From: a virus
Lineage: Duplodnaviria > Caudoviricetes
DNA length: 63,993 nt
Strand: one strand, 5' to 3'
Virus record (IMG/VR): IMGVR_UViG_3300008448_006341
Location: 1-63,993 of that record
How positions within the stretch are numbered: position 1 is the first letter of the stretch; each line of letters begins with the position of its first letter. Of this stretch, positions 27,606 to 38,135 are shown in pieces. Under the pieces are notes generated by a model that saw only the letters and a list, made by a program, of their open reading frames with translations, was not told where the DNA came from and ran no database searches. The position numbers and the translations under genes were made by a program.

Positions 27606-29367
27606 AAATTAATGAGTTACTTGGCGAAGCCGTTACAGACACTAAAGATGCTTTAGCTTTAAGCTCAGCAATAGTAGACTACATCATCGCAAATAACCTC
27701 AATGTGCCAGGCACAAAAATTGATATAAATCAAATACCTAATTTACCTAAAATGTTAAGCCAGGACGGCGAAACATTAATTAATGCCACACGACTTATTG
27801 TTGTTGATCCTGTTAAAATTTGGGGAGCAGAAAATGTAGGAGGCGATGCTGCCTCATGGTACACAGATGCTCAAGGTAATTTTGTTAATCAATCTCCGGC
27901 GATGGATGCTAGAAGAAGTAAAGCTATTAGAAAAGGCGTTGGATTTGATGCAAAATTTTGGGGGATTAAACCAGATGACCCCGAATGGCGTGATCTTATT
28001 AGCGCCAGAGGCAAAGAAGGGAGCAAGATGAACATCCGTTTGCCGTTTAACGCTCTCAGTAAAGCAAACAAAATTTGGATATCTCAAACATTATCACACG
28101 AATTTAGTCATTTATTAGACACTATCAAGGGAAGATATCTTGGCAAAGAGTTCGAAGATGTTCTTAAAAACAAAGATGCACGAGAAAGACTGGAAAAACA
28201 TAAAGAAGCACTGAAATTAGTCACACCTGAAAATCCTAATCCAGAAGGGCTATTGAGCAAAGCAGAAGAAAAACAATTAATTAAAATATTAAAAGTAACT
28301 CCGACACAATACGCACCGCATATGAGCTCTGGTTACTTTGGTCGTGTTACAGAGATAAACGCAAGGTTAGTTGAATCGTCCCACCTGCTAGCTTTATGGG
28401 CTCCAAAGATGCTGCAAACCCAACACAACGTTGAAGACATTATTAAGTCTGCGCTTATTCGAGCAAAAGTTGCACATTCGTTTGTTAAATGGCCAGACGA
28501 AGCAGCATTTAGCAAAGGGCTAGGATATAACTTAACTGAACAACAATGGAAAGAAGCATTCGCTAATCCTGAGTTTCAAAAAGTTTATAAACGAATCTAT
28601 AAGTTTATGGCTGATGAATCTGTAGGGGCAGGGTTTATTGCACAAGCACAGAAAGATAATTTCCGTTCATGGACACATGTGTCTGCCGGCGGCAAGTCTT
28701 TTAAAGATCGTTTTCTTGAAAAGTTTAGACAGATAGTTATCAATCAGGTTCAGTTAGCTAAAGATATTGCCCAACTTGCTGTTCGTCATGTTAAAAAAGA
28801 AGTTCAACTGGTAGCCAATGATGTAGCTAAAATTGAACAGTACATTATTAAAAATATGCCTAAAATACTAGCCAAAGCTGGAGTTAAAAGCATACCGTTA
28901 GTAGGCATACTTTTTGGTGTAGCATTTGCTATACCTAGACTAATTAAAGGTGATGTTCCTGGTGCCGGCCTTGAAGTGGCTGGTAGCGTTGGCAGTCTAA
29001 TTACTGTGATACCGACAGTAGCTTACCAGATATCGAGAGATGTCTACGGTGAAGTTTATCAATACGAGGACGGCAAGAACGCAGTATTTGAATATGACAT
29101 GGCGGAAGATCCTGCAGGTACACAACAACGTGTCAAAGAGCTCAGAGATAAGATTACTGAGTTACTAGAAAAAGCAGTAAAACTAAATGCTCCAAAATAT
29201 CCAGAAGCATTTCAAAGTACTCAGGGCGGCGCTGCTGTAGGTAATCCTATGATTGCTAGACAAGCGGGTAAAGTAAGAGCACAGAGAGATCAATCTCCAG
29301 TGCAGGATATACCCTTTGAATCAATGTTAAGGATAGCAGGATTAAGATGAAAATCAATGAACTTCTA
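27582..29367 (+). repeat. 41-nt imperfect direct repeat at two gene junctions (27582-27622, 29327-29367)
   Basis: TTAARGATAGCRGGATTAAGATGAAAATYAATGAR... encodes L[KR]IAGLR* / MKINELL. Confidence 0.85.
27602..29350 (+). CDS. Putative virion protein with HExxH and a hydrophobic Gly-rich hairpin
   Basis: MKINELLGE; SHEFSH; KSIPLVGILFGVAFA; ends LRIAGLR. Confidence 0.65.
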   Translation: MKINELLGEAVTDTKDALALSSAIVDYIIANNLNVPGTKIDINQIPNLPKMLSQDGETLINATRLIVVDPVKIWGAENVGGDAASWYTDAQGNFVNQSPAMDARRSKAIRKGVGFDAKFWGIKPDDPEWRDLISARGKEGSKMNIRLPFNALSKANKIWISQTLSHEFSHLLDTIKGRYLGKEFEDVLKNKDARERLEKHKEALKLVTPENPNPEGLLSKAEEKQLIKILKVTPTQYAPHMSSGYFGRVTEINARLVESSHLLALWAPKMLQTQHNVEDIIKSALIRAKVAHSFVKWPDEAAFSKGLGYNLTEQQWKEAFANPEFQKVYKRIYKFMADESVGAGFIAQAQKDNFRSWTHVSAGGKSFKDRFLEKFRQIVINQVQLAKDIAQLAVRHVKKEVQLVANDVAKIEQYIIKNMPKILAKAGVKSIPLVGILFGVAFAIPRLIKGDVPGAGLEVAGSVGSLITVIPTVAYQISRDVYGEVYQYEDGKNAVFEYDMAEDPAGTQQRVKELRDKITELLEKAVKLNAPKYPEAFQSTQGGAAVGNPMIARQAGKVRAQRDQSPVQDIPFESMLRIAGLR

Positions 29368-29559
29368 ACAGGATTTACAATATTCACTTCTAGAGAGGAA
29401 GATGCTATTCTTGAGCGTCTAAACTCTATGTCTTATCTACACAGTTTTACAGAGCGCGAACAAGTCATAATTGAGGGGTTGGTACGCAAGAGTTTGGTAA
29501 TTAAGATAGGGGATACCAATCCTAGGGTAATTGCCAATGAATTTGACACGCCAAGCTAA
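29347..29559 (+). CDS. Small hypothetical protein
   Basis: MKINELL; EREQVIIEGLVRKSLV. Confidence 0.7.
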   Translation: MKINELLTGFTIFTSREEDAILERLNSMSYLHSFTEREQVIIEGLVRKSLVIKIGDTNPRVIANEFDTPS

Positions 29560-29971
29560 AAAGCTAGAAAACTACTTAAATCAAGAACTCAGCTCAAAAC
29601 TGCCAGTAACAGTTCTGAACAATGGAGATCTTGTTTATAAAGAGTTTAAGATTAAAAAAAACAAAAAAACAGACAACTGGGATCTATACTCAGTTAAGTA
29701 TGGAAAAGTTGACTCTTTTTATCTTAAAGCCTGTGCCCTTATAGCTACAAATTTTTACAGCGCAAGCTCTTTGAGCAGATTTAAAGAAATAAAGCTCATG
29801 GATTCACAGTATCAAAAAAACTTTATAGACGCAGAAATATTTAAATATAGATATGACACTACAAAAGATCCTGAAAAACGCGATACATATCTTTGGCGCT
29901 GGGAACTTACCAACGCTAGAGCCAAAGCTATCAAGCAACAAATCACGATCAAGTTTAGATCTATGTTTTGA
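29537..29971 (+). CDS. Hypothetical phage protein
   Basis: Overlap-coupled ORF. Confidence 0.7.
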   Translation: MNLTRQAKKLENYLNQELSSKLPVTVLNNGDLVYKEFKIKKNKKTDNWDLYSVKYGKVDSFYLKACALIATNFYSASSLSRFKEIKLMDSQYQKNFIDAEIFKYRYDTTKDPEKRDTYLWRWELTNARAKAIKQQITIKFRSMF

Positions 29972-30006
29972 TAAATAACTACAAGAAGCCTTATAGGACC
30001 GCTAAC

Positions 30007-30915
30007 ATGCAAATCAGAGAATTATCGAATAAATTTAATAGCGACGTTTTAAACGAAAGTTTAGCTAAAAAGTTTGGCTATAGAATTAACGTTGACCAGC
30101 TCACAAACGAAGAGCTCGATACTGTTCGTTTAAAACTTACTAACAATATCACTAGTTTTGAAAAAACTAACAGTTTTGATTCTGTGCTAGAAAATCACGA
30201 ATATCAAAAGCAACGTGCAATGCTAGACGTTATACGTCAAGCTATAGACGAACGCACTCTTAATCCAGAAGAGAAAGCCAAGAAAGAAAAGTTTGTCAAA
30301 GGCATGAAACAGGCAGATTCAACTTTTAAAAAGAAATACGGTAAAGATGCTGAGAAAGTTAAACATGCTACAGCAACTAAAATGGCCAAGAAAAAATCAA
30401 TGGACGAAGCAATGGCCGTGTTACGCGGTGTATTGAATGAGCGTACATTGTTAGAAGGCGAAGAAGAAAAAGCAGCCCTAATTATGAGTGCTCGTGATAT
30501 GGTAGATCGTATCACAGGTTGGTTAGAAGACACAGCCAGCATGAAGAGCGAGAGCATGTTAGAGTTGGTAGACTCTATAAGAGACGAAATGGGCAATGAA
30601 CTGTCACAGCAGTTCTCTGACACAGTTAAACCAGCGTTAGAAGAATTATACACATCATTAGAAACTACTCGTACTACACTAGCACAGGCAGTGAGTATCC
30701 TTACAGGTGAAGAAGGCCCACAAGGCGCCCCAACTGCAGGCCCAAGTATGGGAGCAGAAATGCCTTCCACTATGTCAGCTCCAGAAGAACTAGGCGATGA
30801 GTTTGGTGCTTCTCCAGCAGCCGCAGGTGGCGCAGAAGCCGCAGGCCGTGCAAAAAGAGAAAGCATTGAATATAGTCGCAGACTAGGCACAATTTTAAGC
30901 TCAAAAAAAAACTAA
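30007..30915 (+). CDS. Helical acidic putative prohead core/scaffold-like protein
   Basis: TAAATA and AGGA upstream; MQIREL; coiled-coil; several x-x-E sites. Confidence 0.6.
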   Translation: MQIRELSNKFNSDVLNESLAKKFGYRINVDQLTNEELDTVRLKLTNNITSFEKTNSFDSVLENHEYQKQRAMLDVIRQAIDERTLNPEEKAKKEKFVKGMKQADSTFKKKYGKDAEKVKHATATKMAKKKSMDEAMAVLRGVLNERTLLEGEEEKAALIMSARDMVDRITGWLEDTASMKSESMLELVDSIRDEMGNELSQQFSDTVKPALEELYTSLETTRTTLAQAVSILTGEEGPQGAPTAGPSMGAEMPSTMSAPEELGDEFGASPAAAGGAEAAGRAKRESIEYSRRLGTILSSKKN

Positions 30916-31241
30916 ATGAAGACTCGGACGTACTAGTTCGAGTTCTTTCTAATCTACAGGGACGGGCAGATAGTAAAAATACTTCTGCCCAATTTTCTTG
31001 GATGGCTATATCAAAGATGATGCAGAACATGACTGGGCAGACAGTTGACTATGACTCATTCAAAGCTGAATTTGATAAGACTCCAGAACTAAAGAATCTC
31101 ATTGACAACTTCGACGAAAACGGTATAACCATTAAAACTAAAAATAAAGTAGAAGAGCCTGGGACTGTAGGTGACAAAGCCAAAGCTAAAAATGCTGTAA
31201 ATTCCAGCGCGAAACGAGCAGCTGCCAAGATGATAGGTTGA
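30906..31241 (+). other. -1 frameshift site and extension frame of ORF 30007
   Basis: A AAA AAC before the stop; -1 frame open to 31241; hairpin ACTCGGAC/GTTCGAGT about 9 nt downstream. Confidence 0.7.
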
Positions 31242-31266
31242 CAGTTGCTTTCTGTTGCTATATAAT
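31238..31266 (+). promoter_or_regulatory. Sigma70-type promoter (leaderless gene follows)
   Basis: TTGACA-N17-TATAAT, ATG 6 nt later. Confidence 0.85.
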
Positions 31267-31272
31267 AGCACT

Positions 31273-31962
31273 ATGAAACTACTAATAGAAAGATACCAAT
31301 ATAAACCCTTATCTAGAGACGAAAGCCAAGGCAGACGATTATACTCTACACCTGAAGGACATAAAGTCCCTAGCGTTACGACTATCCTAGATAAAACTAA
31401 ACCTGCAGAAGCCCGCGAAGCATTAGCTCGTTGGAAGAAATCGGTAGGTGAAAAGAAAGCACAGGAAATTGTTACAGAGGCTGCTAATCGCGGCACACGT
31501 ATGCACAAGTTCTTGGAAGACTATGTCAAGCAGGGCGACATTAATGATCCCGGCACTAACCCCTTTAGCCAGCAAAGCCACAAGATGGCTAGTATTGTTA
31601 TTGCAGAGGGCATGAAGAATGTAACAGAAGTATGGGGCAGTGAGGTACCTTTGTACTTTCCTGAACTATATGCAGGTACTACAGACTGTTGCGGAGTCCA
31701 TCTAGGCGACGAAGCTATCTTGGACTTTAAACAAACTAACAAGCCCAAGAAATTAGAATACATCAGCGATTACTTCCTACAGCTTACAGCCTACGCCCTA
31801 GCACACAACGAAGTACACGGTACAAACATACGCAAAGGCGTTATTCTTATGTGTAGCAAAGACTATGAATATCAGGAGTTTATCCTAGAACCCAAAGACT
31901 TTGACATGTGGACAGAACGCTGGTGTCAGCGAGTAGAGGAATACTACAAGTTAAATGGCTAA
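31273..31962 (+). CDS. PD-(D/E)xK exonuclease
   Basis: PSVTTIL, RGTRMH, YAGTTD, ILDFKQ, QLTAY. Confidence 0.88.
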   Translation: MKLLIERYQYKPLSRDESQGRRLYSTPEGHKVPSVTTILDKTKPAEAREALARWKKSVGEKKAQEIVTEAANRGTRMHKFLEDYVKQGDINDPGTNPFSQQSHKMASIVIAEGMKNVTEVWGSEVPLYFPELYAGTTDCCGVHLGDEAILDFKQTNKPKKLEYISDYFLQLTAYALAHNEVHGTNIRKGVILMCSKDYEYQEFILEPKDFDMWTERWCQRVEEYYKLNG

Positions 31963-31984
31963 ATATCTAAAATGAGGATATTTC

Positions 31985-33955
31985 ATGGCCGTTTTTCAAA
32001 TCAGTAAAATCCAGGTTCGTCGTGGCAAGAAAGCAGTTGCTGGAATGCCGCAACTTGCCAGCGGAGAACTAGCCTGGGCTATAGATACACAAGAACTTTA
32101 TATCGGTAATGGTGCTATTGCAGAAGGATCTCCCTTTGTTGGCAATACCAAAGTGCTCACAGAAAAAGACAACATCTTTACTCTAGCAGAGCAATATTCT
32201 TACAAGCCGTTAAGTGCTAGTATATTCACCGGAATCGGTGTAGACATTGGTAGAAGTCTACAGTCTAGATTAGACGAAGGTTCAGTCAATGCTAGAAGCT
32301 TTGGCATCGTAGCAGAAGAAGGCCCAGTACCTCTCAAAGATCAAACAGAACTTATTCAAAACGCAATTTGGAGTCTGTACAGTGACGGCTTTACTATGCT
32401 TAATAAGGTTGTACTAGAGTTTGATCCCGGCTACTACAAAATATCAGGAACAATTTACTTGCCAAGCAATGTAAGCATTCAGGGCACCGGCATTGGTAAA
32501 ACTGTATTTTACTACGAAAAAGGCGGCATCAATTATAAAACAACATTTACCATCACTGGCACATCTACTGGCAGTAATTCTGCCGGTGTGTACACTGACA
32601 TACCTTTGGTAACAGTTACTGGCAGTGGCAGTGGAGCCACAGTAAGAATTACCAAAGGCGGCGATCTTCCCTACAGCGGAAACTCTAGTGTTACTATTAT
32701 AAACAGCGGTAAAGGTTATGCATCAGGCGATCAAGTAAAAATTCCAGGAAGTGTTTTTGGTGCAGGCAGTGTAAGCCCTACTAATGATATGTTAATAACG
32801 CTAGTTAACAACGAAGTACTGGCCACTGCTTATCCATCATTTAATACCGATACCATTTTTGAATTTGTTAACAGTAGTTCTAATAGAGATACAAGAAATC
32901 CAACTCCAACATCTACAACGAATCAAGCATCGAATGTTAAACTGTCAGACTTTTCTGTAGCAGTAAACAGAGCTAACCCAACAAGAGTATTTGCCATCGA
33001 TGATTTAACCAGCAGTCAATTTGTTAATATTGATGCTGTCAGTGAAGATAGAACAGGACTAATAGTTTCTGTGTTTTCACCTACAGTAGACGATCAATTT
33101 AATTCAGTAATTTCTTTAACTGCAACCAGTTCGGTGTTGACCTGTCAAGAAAACTCGTTTACTAATATCAAAGCTAGAGGATTTGCCTATGCGGTCTTTA
33201 GTGCAACTGATATAATCAATAATATTTTTACAAATTGTCTATTTGAAGATCTTTATAAAGGAATTGGATTTGGTATTGGAGCCAGCCTCGGTGCTAATGG
33301 ACCAAGGAAGAATATTATAGAAAATTCTCTATTCAATAGAATATTACAAGAAGGTATATTTGTCGAAAAAGGTTACGGTAATAGATCTAAAGGAAATACA
33401 TTCCTCAATGTTGGAACAAACTTGTCAGGCATTGATGATGCAATCTTTCCTGTGATTAAATTTGTGTCTGTAGGTAACAGCAGCGTTAATGACAATTTTG
33501 ATAGATCAGAGCCATATAGTAGTTTAAATTTAAGTAGAACTAATTTTACTAAACCTTATGCTCCAGAAGTAGCGGGCCGAGCAAACTATCAAGAAATGAT
33601 GCCATCTGAACTTACTTTAGTGTATACTGCGGTACCTGAAGAAGCATTTAAGATACCCGTTAATAATGTAAACAACATTGAAATTAATTATGTGTTTAAG
33701 AGTACAGTATTCAATCAAACTAAAAAAGGCACACTACATATTGTAGTTGATCTGTTATTGAATAGAGTACAACTTGTAGATGAGTTTGAATATGTTGGCA
33801 CATCAGGGCAAGACAACAGAATTCAATTTACCGCTGCCATTGCTAGTAACACAGGTTCAGGCGGCACAGTTGTTCAATCATTAATAATATTTTATAGTAA
33901 TCTTAATATATCTGACTCTAATACATTTACCTATACCTATAAAATATTAAGTTGA
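31985..33955 (+). CDS. Tail fibre/baseplate-type protein with beta-helix region
   Basis: IQVRRG...LASGELAWAIDTQELYIGNG; FDPGYYKISGTIYLPSNVSIQGTG. Confidence 0.75.
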   Translation: MAVFQISKIQVRRGKKAVAGMPQLASGELAWAIDTQELYIGNGAIAEGSPFVGNTKVLTEKDNIFTLAEQYSYKPLSASIFTGIGVDIGRSLQSRLDEGSVNARSFGIVAEEGPVPLKDQTELIQNAIWSLYSDGFTMLNKVVLEFDPGYYKISGTIYLPSNVSIQGTGIGKTVFYYEKGGINYKTTFTITGTSTGSNSAGVYTDIPLVTVTGSGSGATVRITKGGDLPYSGNSSVTIINSGKGYASGDQVKIPGSVFGAGSVSPTNDMLITLVNNEVLATAYPSFNTDTIFEFVNSSSNRDTRNPTPTSTTNQASNVKLSDFSVAVNRANPTRVFAIDDLTSSQFVNIDAVSEDRTGLIVSVFSPTVDDQFNSVISLTATSSVLTCQENSFTNIKARGFAYAVFSATDIINNIFTNCLFEDLYKGIGFGIGASLGANGPRKNIIENSLFNRILQEGIFVEKGYGNRSKGNTFLNVGTNLSGIDDAIFPVIKFVSVGNSSVNDNFDRSEPYSSLNLSRTNFTKPYAPEVAGRANYQEMMPSELTLVYTAVPEEAFKIPVNNVNNIEINYVFKSTVFNQTKKGTLHIVVDLLLNRVQLVDEFEYVGTSGQDNRIQFTAAIASNTGSGGTVVQSLIIFYSNLNISDSNTFTYTYKILS

Positions 33956-34389
33956 TGTACAAGTTCTTGGAAGAGCAATCCAGCCAGCGCCTGAAAAATT
34001 GGTATCAATTTAGACAACAGCTAGAAACATCGTCAACACCGCTTGACGATGTAGTCAAATACTTTTCTAAAGTTCCTAAAGTAAAAATCTACACTGACCC
34101 CTACGACCAATCAACATGGCCCACCGCTTGGGAATTGATTGACGAAAACGAGTACTGCCAATTTAATATAATTTTGGCAATATGCTTCACACTCCAACTG
34201 ATTAAACAGTTCAAAAATATTCAACCATTGATTAAAATAGCGATTGACAAAACTAATAAAGTAGTATATTATTTGTTATTTGTAGATGATAAGGTTTATG
34301 GCCTTGTAGAAGATGAGTGGATTCCTGCTAAAAACCTACCTACAACATTGAATTACTTAAAGATTTATACCATGCCGCCACTCCACTAA
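33955..34389 (+). CDS. Hypothetical phage protein
   Basis: DPYDQSTWPTAWELI; coupled to the previous stop. Confidence 0.7.
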   Translation: MYKFLEEQSSQRLKNWYQFRQQLETSSTPLDDVVKYFSKVPKVKIYTDPYDQSTWPTAWELIDENEYCQFNIILAICFTLQLIKQFKNIQPLIKIAIDKTNKVVYYLLFVDDKVYGLVEDEWIPAKNLPTTLNYLKIYTMPPLH

Positions 34390-34457
34390 ATAGTTTTCTT
34401 ACTCAGAAAAAGAAAGCTGTCAGTGGCGACAGAAGCATTATTATTAGAGACGGAAAC

Positions 34458-36797
34458 ATGACAAACATAACTGTAATCAAGCGTAGCGGCAAAAAAGAGC
34501 CGCTCACTATCGAAAAATGGCAAAATCAAATTGCTAAAGTATGTCAAGGGATTGCAGATGTTAGTCAAAGTATGATTGAAATCAAAGCCCAGCCACACTT
34601 CTACGACGGCATAACCACAGAAGAAATCGACGGTATCACTCTACGTGCTATTGTTGACCTGATTGATGTTGAATCAAATCCTGACATAGGACATGTTAAC
34701 TATCAATACGTAGCAGGCAAACAACGTTTAAGTATGTTGCGTAAAGATGTATATGGAGATTACCAACCTCCCCACCTCTACGAAATTGTAAAGAAAAATG
34801 TTGGAGTTGGTCTTTATACCGCAGAACTTCTAGAATGGTACAGCGAAGACGACTGGAATCGAATGAATGACATGTTGGAACATGACAAGGACGAGCAATA
34901 CAGTTATGCTGCCATTGAACAATTAATTGAAAAATATTTGGTACGCAATCGTGCGACAAAGGAAATTTATGAAACTCCACAGATTAGATATATGGTTGCA
35001 GCCGCTACTGTATTCCATAAAGAAGAACCTAATGCAGCTCGTATGCGCTATATCAAAGAGTATTACAACTGCGCCAGTGATGGTCTTTTTACTCTTGCTA
35101 CTCCTGTACTCGCTGGCCTTGGTACTCCTACCAAACAGTTTAGTTCCTGTGTTCTTATTCGTAGCGATGATGATTTGGACTCTATTTTTGCCTCTGGGGA
35201 AATGATGGCCAAGTATGCCAGCAAACGTGCAGGCATTGGTTTAGAAATTGGACGCTTACGACCACTAGGTAGTCCTATCAGGGGCGGTGAGATTATGCAC
35301 ACTGGCATGATACCTTTCCTTAAAAAGTGGTTCGGTGATTTGCGCTCATGCTCACAAGGAGGTATCCGCAATGCAAGTGCTACTGTATTCTATCCTATTT
35401 GGCATCATCAGTTTGATGATCTTATTGTACTTAAGAACAACCAAGGAACCGAAGAAACCCGGGTCCGTCATATGGATTATGGGGTTGTGCTGTCAAGTTT
35501 CTTCTGGAGAAGATTTAAAAACAAAGAAGACATAACATTCTTTGATCCCAACGAAGTACCCGACCTTTACGAAGCTTTCTATTCAAACACGGAACGGTTT
35601 AACGAACTATACGTCAAGTACGAAAAAACTCCGGGTATTAGAAAGAAAACAATGAGTGCTGAAGAAGTATTCAAAAGCGGTATCCTAAAAGAACGCACAG
35701 ATACAGGACGTATCTATCTTGTATTCATTGACAACGTAATGAATCAAGGACCATTTGATACAGAGTATCATACCATTTACCAGAGTAACCTTTGCTGTGA
35801 AATCTTATTACCTACTCGATCTTTCCGTCGTCTCGATGATGATAGTGGCCGTATTGCTTTGTGTACACTTGGTAGTATCAACTGGGGAGCTTTCAGGAAT
35901 CCAGAAGATATGCGTAGGGCTTGCCGCATACTTCAGCGTTCTTTATGTAATATTCTTGATTATCAAGACTTTCTGAGTATACAGAGTAAGTTAAGCAACG
36001 ATGAGATACAGCCGTTGGGCATTGGAGTTACTAACCTTGCCTACTGGCATGCCAAACGTAACCTCAAGTATGGTGAGAAAGATGCGCTAGCTGATGTTAA
36101 GAGTTGGATGGAGCATCAGGCATACTATCTAACAGAAGCCACAGTTGAACTAGCCAAAGAACGTGGCAAGTGCCTAGACAGTGACAAGACATGGTATGGA
36201 CGAGGCGTGTTCCCCTGGGAGCGCAGAGCACAAGGTGTAAATGAGCTAGCAGATTTTAATCCTGAGCTAGACTGGGAACCACTACGCGAACAAATGAAAA
36301 CCTATGGTGTACGCAATGCTACGTTGATGGCAATTGCACCAGTTGAATCAAGTAGTGTTGTTATAAACAGTACAAACGGCATTGAGCTACCCATGAGTCT
36401 TATCTCAACTAAAGAATCAAAGGCAGGATCATTTACACAGGTTGTGCCCGAATACCATAAGTTGAAAAACAAATATCAACTAATGTGGGAACAGAAAGAC
36501 TGTTCAGGTTATATTAAAACAGCGTCAGTATTGGCTGCGTATGTTGATCAAAGCATTTCAACAAACACATTTTACAATCCTGCACACTTTGCTGAACGCA
36601 AAGTGCCAATTACATTGATTGCTAAAAATCTCATGCAGGCACATTACTGGGGATTGAAAACATTCTACTACAGCTTGATTAACAAACAAGGTTCTAGAAT
36701 GCAAGAAGATCAACCAAAACTTAACGGATATCACGAAATAGAATTTAACGGCACGGAGGTCGCTGATTTAGAAGATTGCGAAGCGTGTAAATTATGA
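34458..36797 (+). CDS. nrdA: Class Ia ribonucleotide reductase alpha subunit
   Basis: ATP cone (VIKRSG), QFSSC, SNLCCEI, KTFYY, C-terminal CEACKL. Confidence 0.98.
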   Translation: MTNITVIKRSGKKEPLTIEKWQNQIAKVCQGIADVSQSMIEIKAQPHFYDGITTEEIDGITLRAIVDLIDVESNPDIGHVNYQYVAGKQRLSMLRKDVYGDYQPPHLYEIVKKNVGVGLYTAELLEWYSEDDWNRMNDMLEHDKDEQYSYAAIEQLIEKYLVRNRATKEIYETPQIRYMVAAATVFHKEEPNAARMRYIKEYYNCASDGLFTLATPVLAGLGTPTKQFSSCVLIRSDDDLDSIFASGEMMAKYASKRAGIGLEIGRLRPLGSPIRGGEIMHTGMIPFLKKWFGDLRSCSQGGIRNASATVFYPIWHHQFDDLIVLKNNQGTEETRVRHMDYGVVLSSFFWRRFKNKEDITFFDPNEVPDLYEAFYSNTERFNELYVKYEKTPGIRKKTMSAEEVFKSGILKERTDTGRIYLVFIDNVMNQGPFDTEYHTIYQSNLCCEILLPTRSFRRLDDDSGRIALCTLGSINWGAFRNPEDMRRACRILQRSLCNILDYQDFLSIQSKLSNDEIQPLGIGVTNLAYWHAKRNLKYGEKDALADVKSWMEHQAYYLTEATVELAKERGKCLDSDKTWYGRGVFPWERRAQGVNELADFNPELDWEPLREQMKTYGVRNATLMAIAPVESSSVVINSTNGIELPMSLISTKESKAGSFTQVVPEYHKLKNKYQLMWEQKDCSGYIKTASVLAAYVDQSISTNTFYNPAHFAERKVPITLIAKNLMQAHYWGLKTFYYSLINKQGSRMQEDQPKLNGYHEIEFNGTEVADLEDCEACKL

Positions 36798-37894
36798 GCA
36801 AACAACAATACAACCTAAACACAAAAACAGATTATCTTCAACGTAAAATGTTTCTTGACCCAGAAGGTCCTGTAACCATACAACGATTTGAAGAAGTAAA
36901 ATATAAAAAGATTGCAGACTTTGATGCTACAGCACGTGGCTTCTTTTGGCAACCAGAAGAAGTAACTCTTACCAAAGACAGCAATGACTTTAAAGAAGCC
37001 AGTGATGCTGTCAAGCACATCTTCACTAGTAACTTGCTACGTCAGACAGCATTGGATAGTTTACAAGGCCGTGGACCTACACAGGTATTCACTCCTGTGT
37101 GCAGTCTCCCAGAAGTAGAAGCACTGATGTACAACTGGGGTTTCTTTGAAACTAACATTCACAGCAAGAGCTACAGTCACATTATTCGTAACATCTACAA
37201 TGTGCCAAAGGATGTGTTTAACACTATTCACGACACTAAAGAAATAGTAGACATGGCCAGTAGTGTTGGGGCGTATTACGATAAGCTACATCTAATTAAC
37301 TGTCTAAAAGAAACTGGCGAAAAGATAGACGAAGCAGTTCATATCAAAGCAATTTGGATGGCACTGAACGCCAGCTATGCATTGGAAGCATTCCGCTTTA
37401 TGGTTAGCTTTGCTACTTCATTGGCCATGGTTGAGAATAAAATCTTTATTGGCAACGGCAATATTATCAGTCTAATCCTGCAAGACGAATTGTTACACAA
37501 AGGTTGGACTGCATACTTGATCAATCAAGTGGTCAAAGAAGACAGTCGCTTTGCTCAAGCCAAGGTTGAATGTGAAGCAGAAGTATATAAGATGTACATG
37601 GATGTTATCCGTGAAGAAAAAGAATGGGCTGACTATTTGTTTAAGATGGGCCCAGTTATCGGATTAAATGCCAATATTCTCAAAGACTTTGTAGACTACA
37701 CTGCACTAGGTGCGCTGAAAGATATTGGTATCAAATACAATCATCCTGCTCCAAAGTCTACACCTATTCCCTGGTTCAACAAACACAGTGACACCAGCAA
37801 GAAACAAACTGCTCTACAAGAAAATGAAAGTACCAATTATGTTATTGGTGTAATGAGCGACAGTATTAACTACGACGAATTACCGGCATTATAA
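36794..37894 (+). CDS. nrdB: Class Ia ribonucleotide reductase beta subunit
   Basis: FFWQPEE, ETNIHSKSY, LEAFRFMVSF, QDELLH. Confidence 0.97.
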   Translation: MSKQQYNLNTKTDYLQRKMFLDPEGPVTIQRFEEVKYKKIADFDATARGFFWQPEEVTLTKDSNDFKEASDAVKHIFTSNLLRQTALDSLQGRGPTQVFTPVCSLPEVEALMYNWGFFETNIHSKSYSHIIRNIYNVPKDVFNTIHDTKEIVDMASSVGAYYDKLHLINCLKETGEKIDEAVHIKAIWMALNASYALEAFRFMVSFATSLAMVENKIFIGNGNIISLILQDELLHKGWTAYLINQVVKEDSRFAQAKVECEAEVYKMYMDVIREEKEWADYLFKMGPVIGLNANILKDFVDYTALGALKDIGIKYNHPAPKSTPIPWFNKHSDTSKKQTALQENESTNYVIGVMSDSINYDELPAL

Positions 37895-37904
37895 GGAAAT
37901 AAAA

Positions 37905-38135
37905 ATGAAAGCTATTGTATGGAGTAAATATCAGTGCCCGTTTTGTGATCAAGCTAAAGCCCTGTTAAAACAAAAAGGCATTGCGTTTGAAGAAAAGAAA
38001 ATTGGCGATGGGTACACTAAAGAAGACCTATTAGAAGCAGTACCAACAGCTAGAACTGTCCCGCAGATATTTCTAGGTGAACAGCTCATTGGTGGGTTTA
38101 CAGAATTGAAAAGACATTTAGAAGAGGCAGCGTAA
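37905..38135 (+). CDS. Glutaredoxin
   Basis: CPFC, TVPQIF, IGGF. Confidence 0.95.
   Translation: MKAIVWSKYQCPFCDQAKALLKQKGIAFEEKKIGDGYTKEDLLEAVPTARTVPQIFLGEQLIGGFTELKRHLEEAA

Noticed and set aside
29654-29662. A AAA AAC slippery site in ORF 29537
   Set aside because: The -1 frame stops after about 11 codons; Lys-rich coding explains it.
34458-37894. Intron or intein in nrdA/nrdB
   Set aside because: Both are uninterrupted and of ordinary length.
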